A stretch of 64,000 bases of DNA, taken from Catajapyx aquilonaris. Its lineage: Eukaryota. The DNA is taken from assembly GCA_000934665.2 (NCBI GenBank), contig JYFJ02000929.1, forward strand, positions 1-64,000, read 5' to 3'. Of this stretch, positions 35,649 through 49,072 are shown piece by piece (positions within the stretch are counted from its first letter, which is position 1; each line of letters opens with the position of its first letter). The position numbers and the translations under genes are program-made. The notes under the pieces are model-generated. The model was not told where the DNA came from and searched no databases. It saw only the letters and a list, made by a program, of their open reading frames with translations.

Positions 35649-37372
35649 ATGGAGATATCCGAGTCATTCCAGCCTTTGGCAACTCTGTCTCAGATACTCG
35701 GAATATTCTTCGCAGTGAGGAATAATCAAGGGGAATATTCCAGAAGATGGTTCATGTTCCTCATCGCACCTCTTCTCTACGTTGCTGTCAACGTGATGGC
35801 GCATGTTTTCAACTGTTTCAATTTGAAGTTCTTCCTTCAGGGAGTGCGTGATGTTTCTTCATTGACCATCACTTTAATCTGGAATTTCACATGGGTCTCG
35901 CTATACACCATTTTATCATACCAGTGCCTCGGCATTTGCAACATTCTTCGAGGTCTCCGCGACTTTGACGAATGTGTGACTGGTGCCTCAAAGGTCAACA
36001 GAAGGGCTAAGATTTTATCCCTTGTAATGTCTCTTGCGGTTGCAGCTTTCATTCTAATCGACATACTGATAATATTCCTTTTTGCCTCGTCTTGGATCAT
36101 TGCAATAACAACGACACTGTGGAGACTAGGTGCCTGCACTCCATTAGTGGTCTTGATGCAGGTCGTCTTTTTTTCCGAGTCGATTCGAGCCAGGTTCAAG
36201 TGTGTGAACCAGTCAATTCGAGAGGTCACTTCCCATCTGCCAGAGGGCATTGCTTCAGAGAAACTATTTTTTAAACCCCGTCTGCAGAAATTCCCTCCTC
36301 TCTTGACTCACCTGGGAGGTGCCTTCGTTGACCTCTGTGACCTGGTCAATTGCGTTAACAAGTGCTACGGCTTATCTATGGCTGTTGCTTACACTTACCT
36401 CTTCGTGAGGTTGGTCTTCATATGCTCGTTAATGTTGCTGGGGTTAAGTCCCATTGACATTCCTCAGATCCTGCCCCTTGCAGAAGTAATGATCGAGCTC
36501 ATCCTCATCACGTGCACCTTCGAACGCCTCCCATTAGAGGTAAGAATCCCGGTGTTTGAAATAAAAAATAGACACATTTAGATTGTGAACAGCTATTCAC
36601 AATCCGACTTAACCTAGATATTTGCCTGAATCTTACGTACAGTGTACTCTATGTACTATAAATTATGTGCAGTATACATAAAAGGCGACATTTGTTGGTT
36701 CGTCCCATTTCCCATGGCAGGAGGGGGGTAAAGGGGAGGTGGAAACAAAGCTTATTGTTGGTTTGCCCTCCGTTGTATCCAGTTGCTGGGGTTACCATGT
36801 CAGCGGGGCCAAGGTAACCTTTCGGTTTTGTTGTTTCCATCATAATTTCAACACACTACCAGATGGAAAGAATGACCGGACATTCAATAAATGTCAGCAA
36901 TGATTGATTAGCCGTGCTAAGAACGGGCTCCGCTGCTAGTCAGTTGTAGTCACGCATAAATCACCTTCACGTGGCTCGCGTATAATGTGCATCACAGCCG
37001 ACTATGATGTTATCTTACAATAATGGCATCCATATTGTTAACTCATGATCGTCCACAGGTGTCATCTTCTCTCCTAGACGTCCAGAGAGTGGACCTGTCC
37101 TGCTTTGACCTGGACAGCAAGATTCTGTTCCAGGCATTCGTCACTACCATCACCAGTCACCAAGTGGAAATGTCTGCCTGGTTCTTCAAGGTCAGAAGCG
37201 GGACTCTTGTCGCGGTAGGATACGAGTAATATTAGTTTCATTGGTTCTGGATTGGTTTTATGAAATTGATTTGTTTTCTTTAACTACAGTTTGATATTCC
37301 TTCCCTTCTCAGATGACAAGTTCAACCATAACTCTACTCGTCATCATGGCACAGTTCAAGATGGCAGAATAG
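35649..37372 (+). CDS. Gustatory receptor GR-9; exons 35649-36539, 37059-37214, 37313-37372
   Basis: Starts MEISESFQPLATLSQ. The body is nearly identical to GR-7; exon 3 MTSSTITLLVIMAQFKMAE*. Confidence 0.9.
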
Positions 37373-39012
37373 TATTGTGTCGACTATAGCATTGAATACT
37401 CGTGCGCTCAGTTACATTGCGTCACGATCAGTGTATCGAGAAGAAAGGGGCTGATCCTTGTTAATATTGCTTCAAATACTTTTTGGAGGATAAATGAAAA
37501 TGAATAGTGTTACATGTAAATCAATAAAATGTAATGGATCAGCCACTTGGGTTTAGTAACAATGACGTGGCGTCGATGCGTCGTGGCCCATCCTATAAGT
37601 GCGATAGCACTAATATGAGTAATAGCATGAATGCAAAAGTGTTACTTTCTCTGTTGTTTGCCCATAAAATATAACACTATTTCATTTTAGCTCTTTTATC
37701 GAACTAGGAAAAAATCGAATTTTAATAGGGCATAAGCAGGAAAATGCTCAGCACCCAGCCAATAGTTTATAAATGTCAGAATTGCGCTTTGGTAAAACTA
37801 ATAATACGAAAAAAAGTATGCAGGTGACTTTGGACATCTAGTTTCTGAATGTACTGTAGGCCTACTGACTGTCGACCCCGTACTGTACAACAACATAGCG
37901 ATAACAACGCTGAATTAGTTTTGAAAGAGACCGTTGCGTAACTAGAAAATCGCTTTGTGACCCACATTATGTCACGTAACTGAAAAGCTTATTGACTGGC
38001 GGCGACGTTTGCATTGCGGCAATAAATCAAGGTGACAAGATTTCGCGCGATGTAGTGTAAATATTGGACACAGCGAGTAAGGGTTCGAAACATCGTTATA
38101 TTATAATAAAATTGATTTTGTTGTATCAGATGAATGTAAAAAATGAACAAAATCATAATTAGCAACAATTTATTCTCTGCATCTATTAGAAATTAGAAGA
38201 ACACAGTCTAACCACAACAATTTATCTAGCATTTTTAATCAATAAAATAAGTAAATTAAATAATAAGTTAGGCACTATTAAGCATCTGTATGCACGAATA
38301 AAAATGTACATGTAATATAATTATTTATCCAACAAAAAATACTACAGTAACATTGTAGCGAAAAAAGCGGCTTTCAACAATGTCAACAATATATTAGCAA
38401 TTAAAAATATTATCTTACTTGTTCGCATAGGCAGTAGGAAGGCATTTTTCTTGAATACGGGAAAAGATTTGGTTACAAATATTGTACAAAATACTGGCTA
38501 TAGCTGAGTAGCTCTAAAAGGCCATCTAACGGATTAGTCCTTTTCGGCCTTTTACAGTATCAGGCTGACAGAAATGCAATAGTTCCCGACATATGGCGCG
38601 AGCCAGGAATATCCTCCGGTTTGGTGCCATTGTTGTTGGTCCATTGGGGGGTCGGGAATTCTGACCACGAAGAGCCTCATAAGGGCGTAACGCCGAGATC
38701 TCAATCAAGCAACGAGGGATCAGGAAAAAGGAGACACCTTAAAGCTTATAGTGCTTAATACACCCAGGCAAGGGAAAGGAACATTTTATGGAAAGTGGAA
38801 GGAAACGCCGTTACGCAAAGAGAAACAGCGAATTAAATTATTGATTAACAGTAATGCAGGGCTGGCAGTCGCACATCAGAGTAACTACCTATTTATCAAA
38901 ACCTACATATGGTGGACGGACAGCTTGGAAGAAATATGTCGTTGAAATGTGTGCAGAAAAGGAATGACCTCTCGGCGTATTCGGTCACTTATTAGTTAGT
39001 GCTGGCCAAAAT

Positions 39013-40706
39013 ATGAAGATATACGAGTCATTCCTGCCTCTGGCGATTCTGTCGCGAATTATTGGAATATTCTTCGCAGTGAGGAATAATCGAGGGGAAT
39101 ACTCCAGAAGATGGTTCATGTTCCTCATCGCACCCCCTCTCTACGCTGCGGCCAACGTGATGGTGCTTGTTTTCAAGGGATATGGCGACGTCAAGTTTTC
39201 TTTTGAGAGAGTCAGTGATGTTTCTATATCTGCTAGCATTTTGATCACTAATTTCTCATGCGTCTCGCTCTACGCCATTTTATCACGCCAGTGCCTGGCC
39301 ATTTGCAACATTCTTCGATGCCTTCGAGATTTCGACGAATGTGTGACTGGTGTCTCAAAGGTCAACAGAAGGGCTAAGATATTAACCCTTGTAATGTCTC
39401 TTGCGGTTGCAGCTTTCATATTAATCGACACACTATTGATATTCCTTTCTGCCTCGTCTTGGATCACTGCAATAACATCGACACTGTGGAAACTAGTTGC
39501 CTCCACTCCATTAGTGGTCTCGATGCAGGTCGTCTTCTTTTCCGAGTCCATTCGAGCCAGGTTCAAATATGTGAACGAGTCAATTAGAGCGGTCACTTCA
39601 CATCTGCCACAGGCCATTTCTTCAGAGAAAGAATTCAAATCATACCTGCAAAAATTTCCTCCTCGCTTGACCCACCTGGGAGGTGCCTTCCTTGACCTCT
39701 GCGACCTGGTCGGTTGCGTGAACAAGTGCTACGGCCTTGTTATGGCGAGTGCTTACACGTCTCTGTTCGTGAGGTTGGTCTTGAGATGCTCGTTCATGTT
39801 TCTGGGGTTAAGTTCCCCTAGAATTCATCATATCCTGACCACTGCAGCAATGCTGATCGAGCTGATTCTCATCACGTGCACCTTAGAGCGTCTCCCACTT
39901 GAGGTAAGTGTTTCAGGCCATTATTGTCGGTCTAGCTGTCCATGTGCTCTTCACAGTAAGTCGTGCATGTAGAGAACCTATACGGTTGTTTCCACCCTTT
40001 CCTGATCATTATGCGACTACATAGAAAAGAAAGGTAGAGCATAACGTAATGTATTAAACGGCAGAAAAATGTAAAGGGTAGTAGGTACGGACTGTATAGA
40101 GATGTAACAATCAGTATAGACCAATGCTCTTGACGTAATTGTTGCGTCTCTGTAAACAAGTAGAGTCTAGAATGAGCAATCAATTACTTTTTCACTCTTG
40201 CACCTGCTTGCACTGGAGACTTGGGCACCATGTACCGGTAGGCTACGTAAGTAATGTACCGTAACTATATTTAAATCACTTTCACATGACTCGCGTATAG
40301 TTTGATGCAAATCATAATAGACATGGTTATCGTAAGGGTTAGAGTAGTGGCAACGACAATGTAAGTTATTCATATACTATAATAAGTTACTAATTTTGTT
40401 CGTGGATAGGCGTCATCTTCTCTCCTGGACGTCCAGAGAGTGGACCTGTCCTGCTTTGACCTGGACAGCAAGATTCTGTTCCAGGCTTTCGTCACTAGCA
40501 TCACCAGTCACCAAGTGGAGATGTCTGCCTGGTTCTTCAAGGTCAGAAGCGGGATTCTTGTCACGGTACGGTACTATACTAATGATATTTAGTTCTGGAT
40601 TTGCTTTAATTACGCTATTAATCCTCTGTCCGTTCCTCAGATGGCAAGTTCTACCCTGACTCTACTGGTCATCATGGCACAATTCAAGGGAGCAGAAGAG
40701 TTGTAG
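39013..40706 (+). CDS. Gustatory receptor GR-10; exons 39013-39903, 40410-40565, 40641-40706
   Basis: Starts MKIYESFLPLAILSR; exon 3 MASSTLTLLVIMAQFKGAEEL*. Confidence 0.9.
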
Positions 40707-41439
40707 CAATATATTATTTCACATTACTTATCAATAGCACTATTACACGACGTAACCTATACAAATAATGCAGGAAATGAATTTTCCACATTCTGATTAT
40801 TTTTATTTTTATTTGATAACATATTCAAGCCATAATTATTTTGCAAACCTACTTGTAAATGTTGCACCAATATTGTAGCCTATTAAAATTGGAGTAGTGT
40901 TATTTGCACTCTTAATATTATCCCTATGTAATTATGACAAACACAAGTGCAGCACGTTAGTTACTGTAACGGCAGCCGACAATCTGTAACGATATGTATA
41001 TCAATAGAAACTGACTTGTGATGTTGTGAGTACATGCACGTATTGAATGACCAATGTTGAAGGTGCGTATAAGAGAAAATAAACTGTATCAACTGTTAAC
41101 ATTGAGAAGTATATCGTATGAAAAATTACTACACAAGACTGAGTTTTAAAATTTTTGCTGCCAGTGAACAACTCATCCATAGGAGATTCCTTCAAGTATT
41201 GTGGGTCAGAAGAGCGTATTTCCATGTGACGCTAGCACGTTGATATTATGTAAGAGAACTATAGGCCCTATAACGAACGGCCACATTATTGTCGCCTCTT
41301 TTCATTGAGACTCCTACCATTATTAAACAATGCGATCAGATTCAGTGTTATTCTAAAGGTGAGTATGTTTTATAGCGGGCTTGAATGGATGCTTTAATTA
41401 TTGTTACCAAAGTTTCACTCATATTTTGATGACTAGGGC

Positions 41440-41790
41440 CTACTATGTTACTGCGAGAAGGACTGTGAGCTGGCCATGGACAACTCTCTCGGGATAGGCA
41501 GAATGACCCAAAAAATGGCTTAGGGCCGGTTTCACCAAGCCCGATTTTGATCAAAACCCCTGTTCTTTCGGAAAATCCCTATTCTATTTGCAGGGATATT
41601 CCGAAAGAACATATTTTTTTTATCAAAATCGGGCTAGGTGAAACCGTCCCTTAGACGGTGCATGCCTCATCCGGACCTCGATAAGGAGGATCACCTTGTC
41701 CGCATGGCGGTCACCATCTTCTGAAGTCCTCCTGGAGAACATTGCCCGACACATTCCGCAATTGGAAGTGCTGCGACTGAACTATGTATA
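41440..41790 (+). pseudogene. Relic of an F-box/LRR exon (related to the gene at 49073), split by a MITE
   Basis: ELAMDNSL before the MITE and IRRITLSAWRSPSSEVLLENIARHIPQLEVLRLNY after it. These align with GLAMDPKLW and LKGIAMDGWELEESARLLDFIINNFPDLEKLVLSN of the 49-kb gene. Confidence 0.6.
41523..41650. mobile_element. Palindromic PIF/Harbinger (Tourist-like) MITE, copy 2, opposite orientation
   Basis: TTA|GGGCCGGTTTCACC ... GGTGAAACCGTCCC|TTA. Confidence 0.85.
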
Positions 41791-42713
41791 CATGATGATT
41801 ATTTTGTTCTCGGCAGACACTCTGGAGATGGTAGCAAAAAGGTAATTATTTGTGCATGCAGATTGCAGGGGATTTCTCAAATAATATTTGCAGCACGGGA
41901 GTTTTGTAACTATTTCCTATTTCTCTAGTTCTCTAATGGTTGTCCGGAGCAGTAAGTACTGGCTGATTGGAAAGTGCTGCGTTGCGTATGACCCCAAACA
42001 CGGCAGGGTGGCCCAGCTACCTTTGAGGCCAGTCGCCAAATAAACAACCCGTTATACTCCGGTTACATAATATTATGCGCCTTCAGTACGAAATTTGTTG
42101 CTGTGACCTTCCAGCTTGTTACATTCACACAACAATGACGGCTGATATCTATGATTATTATTAACTTATGTTTTTGGGTCTCGTATTGCACCAATAATGT
42201 GTCCTAATTATTGAGAGGTTAATATTTGCATCACGGCACAAGTTAAAACATTAAACGTAAATAAGTTGAACAAACGAAATCGCATGACACGCAGAATGTA
42301 AAGGTTATGCCAACTGGAAATCCATGAAAATATTACATGCGCCTTATTGACTAGCGACTCATTCATTGATATTATGTCACGATTTTCTTAGATATTATTA
42401 TCAGGCTTCTAGATAGCGCGGTACCTCATCATTCGGAGATGGTATATCTGCCAACATATATACCTAAACGCAAGCATTATATCTATTCAAACGTTAGTGC
42501 GACACATTGAGTGCCTTTGTAATGTTAAGAAATGCTTTTGTGTCAAGTTACTTGGAAATTGCGAATATTGATTGCCTGCCAACTTTTTGGCTTATAAAGC
42601 AATAAGAAAACAAGGTGGACACATTGAGGTCTGTGCACTGCACTAAAAAGGCTTTGGTCTTTATTACAAGTGTCACGAGATCATTGAGGGCAGCTGCAAC
42701 AGGGTACAGGTAA

Positions 42714-43305
42714 TATTTTTTCTCAATATAAGACTGGACAGATTTTTAAGTTGCATGTCCTAAAAGAAGCGTCTTTCCATGCTTGATCTAGAGATATAAG
42801 AACTATTCAGCTCTCCTGAGCGATTCACCCCAAATACATTAAATACAGCGCAAAATAACATATAGAGTAGTAGGTTATAGGAGGATTTTTAAATGTTCTG
42901 CGGGTGAACCGCTTAGGGGAGCTGAATAGTTCTTATATCTGTAGGTCAAGCATGGAAGGACGCTTCTTTTAGGACACGTAACTTTAAAATCAGTCCAGTC
43001 CTATATTGAGAAAAATGACCTCACAGATGACCAACTTACAGAAAAAATGGAAATTCAGGATTTATTATTTCCAAGACTGCGTGAACTGTAATGTTTTCCT
43101 TCAATACGGTAGTAAGGAACAGATGGCAATGTATCTACCATATTAATTTCACACTCCTACTATGTGTTTAACAGTGACATTGGACCATCGGAAACGTGCC
43201 ATTGTTGCACAATAATTCGATTTTTCGGACTTTTTATTTTACATTCTAGGTTAAAACTGTTGCGACCACAATATCCCTCATTTCATTCCCGTTCTATTGA
43301 TATAT
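42714..43305. repeat. Foldback element, copy 2 (arms ~130 bp)
   Basis: ATTTTTTCTCAATATAAGACTGGAC..GTCCTAAAAGAAGCGTC / GACGCTTCTTTTAGGAC..GTCCAGTCCTATATTGAGAAAAAT; homologous to 33884-34416. Confidence 0.8.
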
Positions 43306-44295
43306 GTGATCATGGAGTTACAACAAGAACTCTACCTGAAATAAATTGTCAGTCCTGCTCCATTGTTACCGAAAGACGTTGCCATATCTCCGTGGGATTT
43401 TCACCTGGGTGGCTCTAATTTCGTTTTTAGCAACTTCGCATGTGTGTGTACGCACATGATTTTTTATATCAAATTCCGAGATGGTCGAGCCACCAACTTG
43501 TCTGTATTGACATGGAATGACCCAACTAGTTAACATATACTCCCCCATTGCTTGGGGAACTTGAACGGGGAACCATATAATATTTTCATCCCGGTTGTTA
43601 TTGTCTTGCGGTGTACTTCAGTTACGTGGGCACTCATGTATATGTGTTATTAATAATATACTAAATTATAATAGTAACGTTATGCGACCACATTTCAAAT
43701 AACAGCAACTCTTTCAATCCCGTCGATAGATGTAAATAGTTGTTAATAATAAATTCACGCATATCATGCGACCATAATAATTATCATACTGTAATCTATA
43801 GTTAATCAACAGTAGTCGTGTTGGAGACACATATCTGCCATGGAAAGGTTATTTGTGAGGCGTTTAATAATAAATAACACAAATACTGATGAAAAGGAAG
43901 GGTGTGGTTGGTTCATGTGAAGGACGGGAATTCTTTTGCACTAACCATAATTGGAAGGAGTGCTGATCATTGTTTTCTAAGCGTCAATTGCATCGGTGTT
44001 AGGAGGCAGGTTACATAATTATTTGTGTAGAGTGGATTCAATACATGAATTAAATTCCAAGAAACTCGCGAATAATATTATTCATCTGAAGATGGCTATT
44101 GTTTACACATGAACACACCATGTCACTTCGATAAAAGCGCTTATTTACTGCCAGGCTTGGTTTCATTGATGCAATAAATTAAGGTGCCAACCTTTGTTGC
44201 GAGTAGTCCATAATAATAATAATGAATCGCAGATTCGCAGATATGCAGGGACAAAGGAATAATTGCGTCGACTCACTCACAGTGCTGGCAGAGCC

Positions 44296-45894
44296 ATGGA
44301 GATATCCGAGTCATTCCAGCCTTTGGCAACTCTGTCTCAGATACTCGGAATATTCTTCGCAGTGAGGAATAATCGAGGGGAATATGCCAGAAGATGGTTC
44401 ATGTTCCTCATCGTACCTCCTTTCTACGCTGCTACCAACGTGATATCGCTTGTGTTAAATGAGGAAAGATACGGAGACATGTTTTCTTTTGAGAGAGTCC
44501 GTGATGTTTCTATATCTGCCATAATTTTGATCACGAATTTCTCATGCGTCTCGCTCTACGCCATTTTATCATGCCAATGCCTGGGCATTTGCAACATTCT
44601 TCGTTGCCTTCGAGACTTCGACGAATGCGTGACTGGTGCCTCAAAGGTCAACAGAAGGGCAAAGATATTAACCCTTGTAATGTCTCTCGTAGTTGCAGCT
44701 TTCATTGTAATCGACAGCATACTGATAATATTCCTTTCTGCCTCGTCTTGGGTCAATGCAATAACATTAACATTGTGGAGACTAGTTGCCTGCACTCCAT
44801 CAGTGGTCTTGATGCAGGTCGTCTTCTTTTCCGAGTCCATTCGAGCCAGGTTCAAGTATGTGAACCAGTCAATTCGAGAGGTCACATCCCACCTGCCCCA
44901 GGCCATTTCTTCAGAGAAAGGATTCAAACCATGCCTGCAAAAATTTTCTCCTCGTTTGACCCACCTGGGAGGTGCCTTTCTTGACCTCTGTGACCTGGTT
45001 AATTCCGTGAACAAGTGCTACGGCTTATCCATGGCCGTTGCTTACACATACCTCTTCGTGAAGTTGGTCTTGAAATGCTCTTTCATGCTGCTGGGGTTAA
45101 GTTCCCCTCACATTCATGATATCCTGTCCACTGCAGCAATAATGATCGAGCTGATTCTCATCACGTGCACCTTAGAGCGTCTCCCACTAGAGGTAAGTGT
45201 TTCATGTCATTATTGTCCGTCTATCTGTCCAGGTGGACTATAGAAAAGAAAGGTAGAGCATAGTCGTAATGTATTAAACGGCAGAAAAATGTCAAGGCTA
45301 GTAGGTACGGATTGGTTAGAAATGTAACAATCAGTAAACCAATGCTCTTGACGTAATTGTTGCGTCTCTATAAACGAGTTTCTAGAATTAACAATCTATA
45401 ACTTTTTCACTCTTGCACGGGAGACTTGGGCACCATGTACCGGTACGTAAGTAATGTACCGTAACTATTTAAATCCCCTTCACATGATTCGCGTATAGTT
45501 TGAAGCTAAGCATGACAGACGCGGTTATTTATATGGTTAGAGTAATGGCAAGGACAATGTATTTATATAATAAGTTACTAATTTTGTTCGTGGATAGGCG
45601 TCATCTTCTCTCCTGGACGTCCAGAGAGTGGACCTGTCCTGCTTTGACCTGGACAGCAAGATTCTGTTCCAGGCTTTCGTCACTAGCATCACCAGTCACC
45701 AAGTGGAGATGTCTGCCTGGTTCTTCAAGGTCAGAAGCGGGATTCTTGTCACGGTACGGTACTATACTAATGATATTTAGTTCTGGATTTGCTTTAATTA
45801 CGCTATTAATCCTCTGTCCGTTCCTCAGATGGCAAGTTCTACCCTGACTCTACTGGTCATCATGGCACAATTCAAGGGAGCAGAAGAGTTGTAG
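44296..45894 (+). CDS. Gustatory receptor GR-11; exons 44296-45192, 45598-45753, 45829-45894
   Basis: Starts MEISESFQPLATLSQ. Exons 2-3 and intron 2 appear identical to those of GR-10. Confidence 0.9.
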
Positions 45895-46289
45895 CAATTT
45901 CACATTACTTACCAATAGTCCTATTACACGACGTAACCTATGTATGACGTATAATGCAGGAAATGAATTTTCCACATTCAAATAATTATTTTTATTTGAT
46001 AAAATATTCAAGCCATAATATGCAAACCTACTTGTAAATGCACAAATATTGTATTAAAATTGGAATAGTGTTATTTTTGCACTCTTAATATTTTCTCTAT
46101 GTATGACAAACACAAGTGCAGCTCGTCAGTTACTGTAACAGCAGCCGACAATCTGTAACGATATGTATCAATAGAAACTGGCTTGTGATGTTGTGAGTAC
46201 ATGTACGTATTGAATGCCCAATGTTGAAGGTGTGTATAGAGAAAATAAATTGTATCAACTATTAACATTGAGAAGTATATCGTATATAA

Positions 46290-46421
46290 AGTATATCGTG
46301 TCGGAAGATTCATTGTAATGGTCATACGAGACGGCTAGGCAGAAACTAGTCGTCGCTGGCTACCCCAGTTATGGGATTATGCCGTGATGTATGTATGTAT
46401 GTATGTATATAAGTATATCGT
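46290..46421 (+). mobile_element. 5'-truncated non-LTR retroelement tail with (TGTA)n end
   Basis: An insert ending in ATGTATGTATGTATGTATGTAT is bracketed by the duplicated AAGTATATCGT. It is absent from the paralogous site at about 41105-41125. Confidence 0.65.
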
Positions 46422-46599
46422 ATAAGAAATTGCTACACAGAACTGAGTTTAAAATTTTTGCTGCCAGTGAACAGCTCATCCATAGGAGAGTACTTCAGTA
46501 TTGCATGTCAGAAGAGCGTATTTCCATGTACTAGAACATTTATATTACGTGAGAGAACCATAAGCCTATATATCGGATGCAGCTGTTGCTGTTCCCCTG

Positions 46600-46860
46600 A
46601 AGATCTAGACCGCTTGTTTATACGTCAAAAATAGAGGAAATGAGACGCCCACAAGGCTTGGATCGATGCACGCCTCGTTTGATGCATGCGATCTCCTGTC
46701 AGCAATGTAATCCACTCTTCAGTGCTGATGAAGAACACTTTACCTGTAAAACGTTAGCGACGTATTTTAATCAAAAAGACCCACTATATAGGACGGAAGA
46801 TTGTTGGTTGTTTGTTGTCCCAAAGCAACTAAGGCTATCTGGCAACTAGGACGGAAGATT
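46600..46860 (+). mobile_element. Possible Gypsy LTR-retrotransposon pol relic (region preceding the integrase zinc finger)
   Basis: QKDPLYRTEDCWLFVVPKQLR resembles the Q..D..LYR..LVVPK.LR motif. Confidence 0.35.
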
Positions 46861-47587
46861 CCACAATCAAAACACATGACTCCGAATCTAACATCCTGCA
46901 TTCATTTAAACTCATTTAAATCAAATGTAATCGGAAGGATTTAAAATGTTTTTAGAGGGCGTCTCGTATAGCAGTAATGATATGTCCTAATTTATTATTG
47001 AGAGGTTAATATATTTGCATCACGGCACAAGTTAAAGCATTCAACGTAAATAAGTTGAACACACCTAATAGCTTATTGTATACAATCCATGGCACGCAGT
47101 ATGTAAAGGTTATGCCAACTGGCAATCCATGAAATATTATGCGACTCATCGACTAGCGACTCATTCATTGATATTATGCCACGACTTTCTTAGATATTAT
47201 TAATCAGGCTTCTAGATAGCGCGGTACTTCATCATTTGGATATGGCATATCCGGCTGCCACATATTTGCTACCAAAACGCGAGCATTATATTTATTCAGA
47301 CGTCAGTGTGACACATTGAGTGCATATGTAATAGCATTAGCTCTTGGTAATAGTGTTAAAAAATGCTTTTGTGTCACGATACTTGGAAATAGCGAATATT
47401 GATTGCCTGCCAACTTTTTGGCTTATAAAGCAATAAGAAAACAAGGTGGACACATATTAGAATATTGCGGTCTGTGCACTACACTGAAAAGGCTTGGTCT
47501 TTAGTGTCACGAGATCATTGAGGGCAGCTACAACAAGCAGTCCTGTGCTCCTGTTTGAGAGTCCACTTTCTTGGTGCCGGAGAAGCA

Positions 47588-48897
47588 ATGAGCGACGCGT
47601 ACACGTCATTCAAGCCCACACTCATTTTGTCCAGGCTTTTCGGAGTGTTTCCTGCGGTTAGGAAAAGCCACGCAGGATACTCCAGGAAATGGCTGCTGTG
47701 CCTGACAGCACCTCCACTCTACATAACCGCCAACTTGATGCTGATTGTCCTCAAGCCTTTTGGAGAAATCAAGTTTTCTTTGGACAGTGTGCGAGACGTC
47801 GCTGTGTTGACAAACATGCTGAACATAAACTTCGCGTGCATCACGCTCCACATTATTTTGTCGCGCCAATGCCACGCGATTTGCAACATTCTTCGACGCT
47901 TGCATGAATTTGACGAGCATGTTAATGGTGCCGCAAAAGTTAACGGAATGGTCACAATTTCCACTATGGTTTTGTCGGTTGCGTTTACAATATTAACCGT
48001 CTTGGAAGTGATTGTTCATGTTGTGCCATATCCAGACTGGATCTATGGGGTCACAGTGACACTCTGGATACTCCTACGCTCTACTCCCTTACTCGTTCTG
48101 ATGCAGGTCATTTTCTTTTCCGAGTCGATTGGAGCCAGATTCAAGTACGTGAACCAGTCAATTCGAGAGGCCACTTCTCACTTGCCCCAGGCCATTTCTT
48201 CAGACAAATTATTCAAGCCCCGCATGCAGATATTTCCTTCTTCTTTATCTCTCTTGGGAGGTGCTTTTGTTGACCTCTGCGACCTGGTCAGTTGTGTGAA
48301 CGAGTGTTATGGTGTGGCCATGGCCATTTCCTACGCGAACCTGTTAGTGTTGATGGTCACCATTTCTTCGTTCATGTTGCTGGACATATTCCCCCGTGAT
48401 CTTGGATTCCTTCTATCACCTTTGATCAAAGCAACAGAGATATTCATTATCACCTGCGTCTTGGAGCGTCTTCCACAACAGGTAAACATATACCGTTGAA
48501 TATTACAGATTGAAATTCCACAGTATTTTGTCAACAAGTTGTATGTGATCCATTTTTTATGCAGGCATCATCTTCTGACCTGGACATACTCAAGATCGAC
48601 ATGTCCTACTTTGATTTGGAAAGCAAGCTGCTATTTCAGTCTTTGATCACACAAATCACTAGTCACCAAGTCCAGCTATCAGCTTGGTTTTTTAACACTC
48701 GAAGCGGCATCCTTGTTACTGTATGTACACAATTTTTAAAGCGACAGGCCTCATTGTCGAATGCCTTTGAAAGCCTACTTTTTAAAATCCGAATTCTTCA
48801 TTATAGTAATATTGTTGACAATTATTTATTACAGATGGGAAGTTCTGTCATCACCTTTCTCGTCATCCTGGCGCAGTTCAAAGAAACGGAATTATAG
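47588..48897 (+). CDS. Gustatory receptor GR-12; exons 47588-48481, 48565-48720, 48835-48897
   Basis: Starts MSDAYTSFKPTLILSR; exon 3 MGSSVITFLVILAQFKETEL*. TATA-like TATAAAG at about 47424. Confidence 0.9.
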
Positions 48898-49072
48898 TTC
48901 ACCAGCACATTGTATGGTTATTTGCTTCCATCACAAACACACGCTAAATAAAATATGCTTTGTTTTTCTGAGCCTTGCCTCTTTTTATGTAATCTCCTGA
49001 AGTGCGAAATGTCATGCGCGAAACAGATCCATATGTTACGAGATCTGGGCCGCTTCCGCATCCCATTCAGTC

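Noticed and set aside
7363..48897. Odorant receptor or GPCR identity for the 7-TM array
   Set aside because: The C-terminal hhhhAQF motif, the preceding (E/Q)hSA.FF.h motif and the terminal phase-0 introns fit the GR family. No rhodopsin-class motifs are present.
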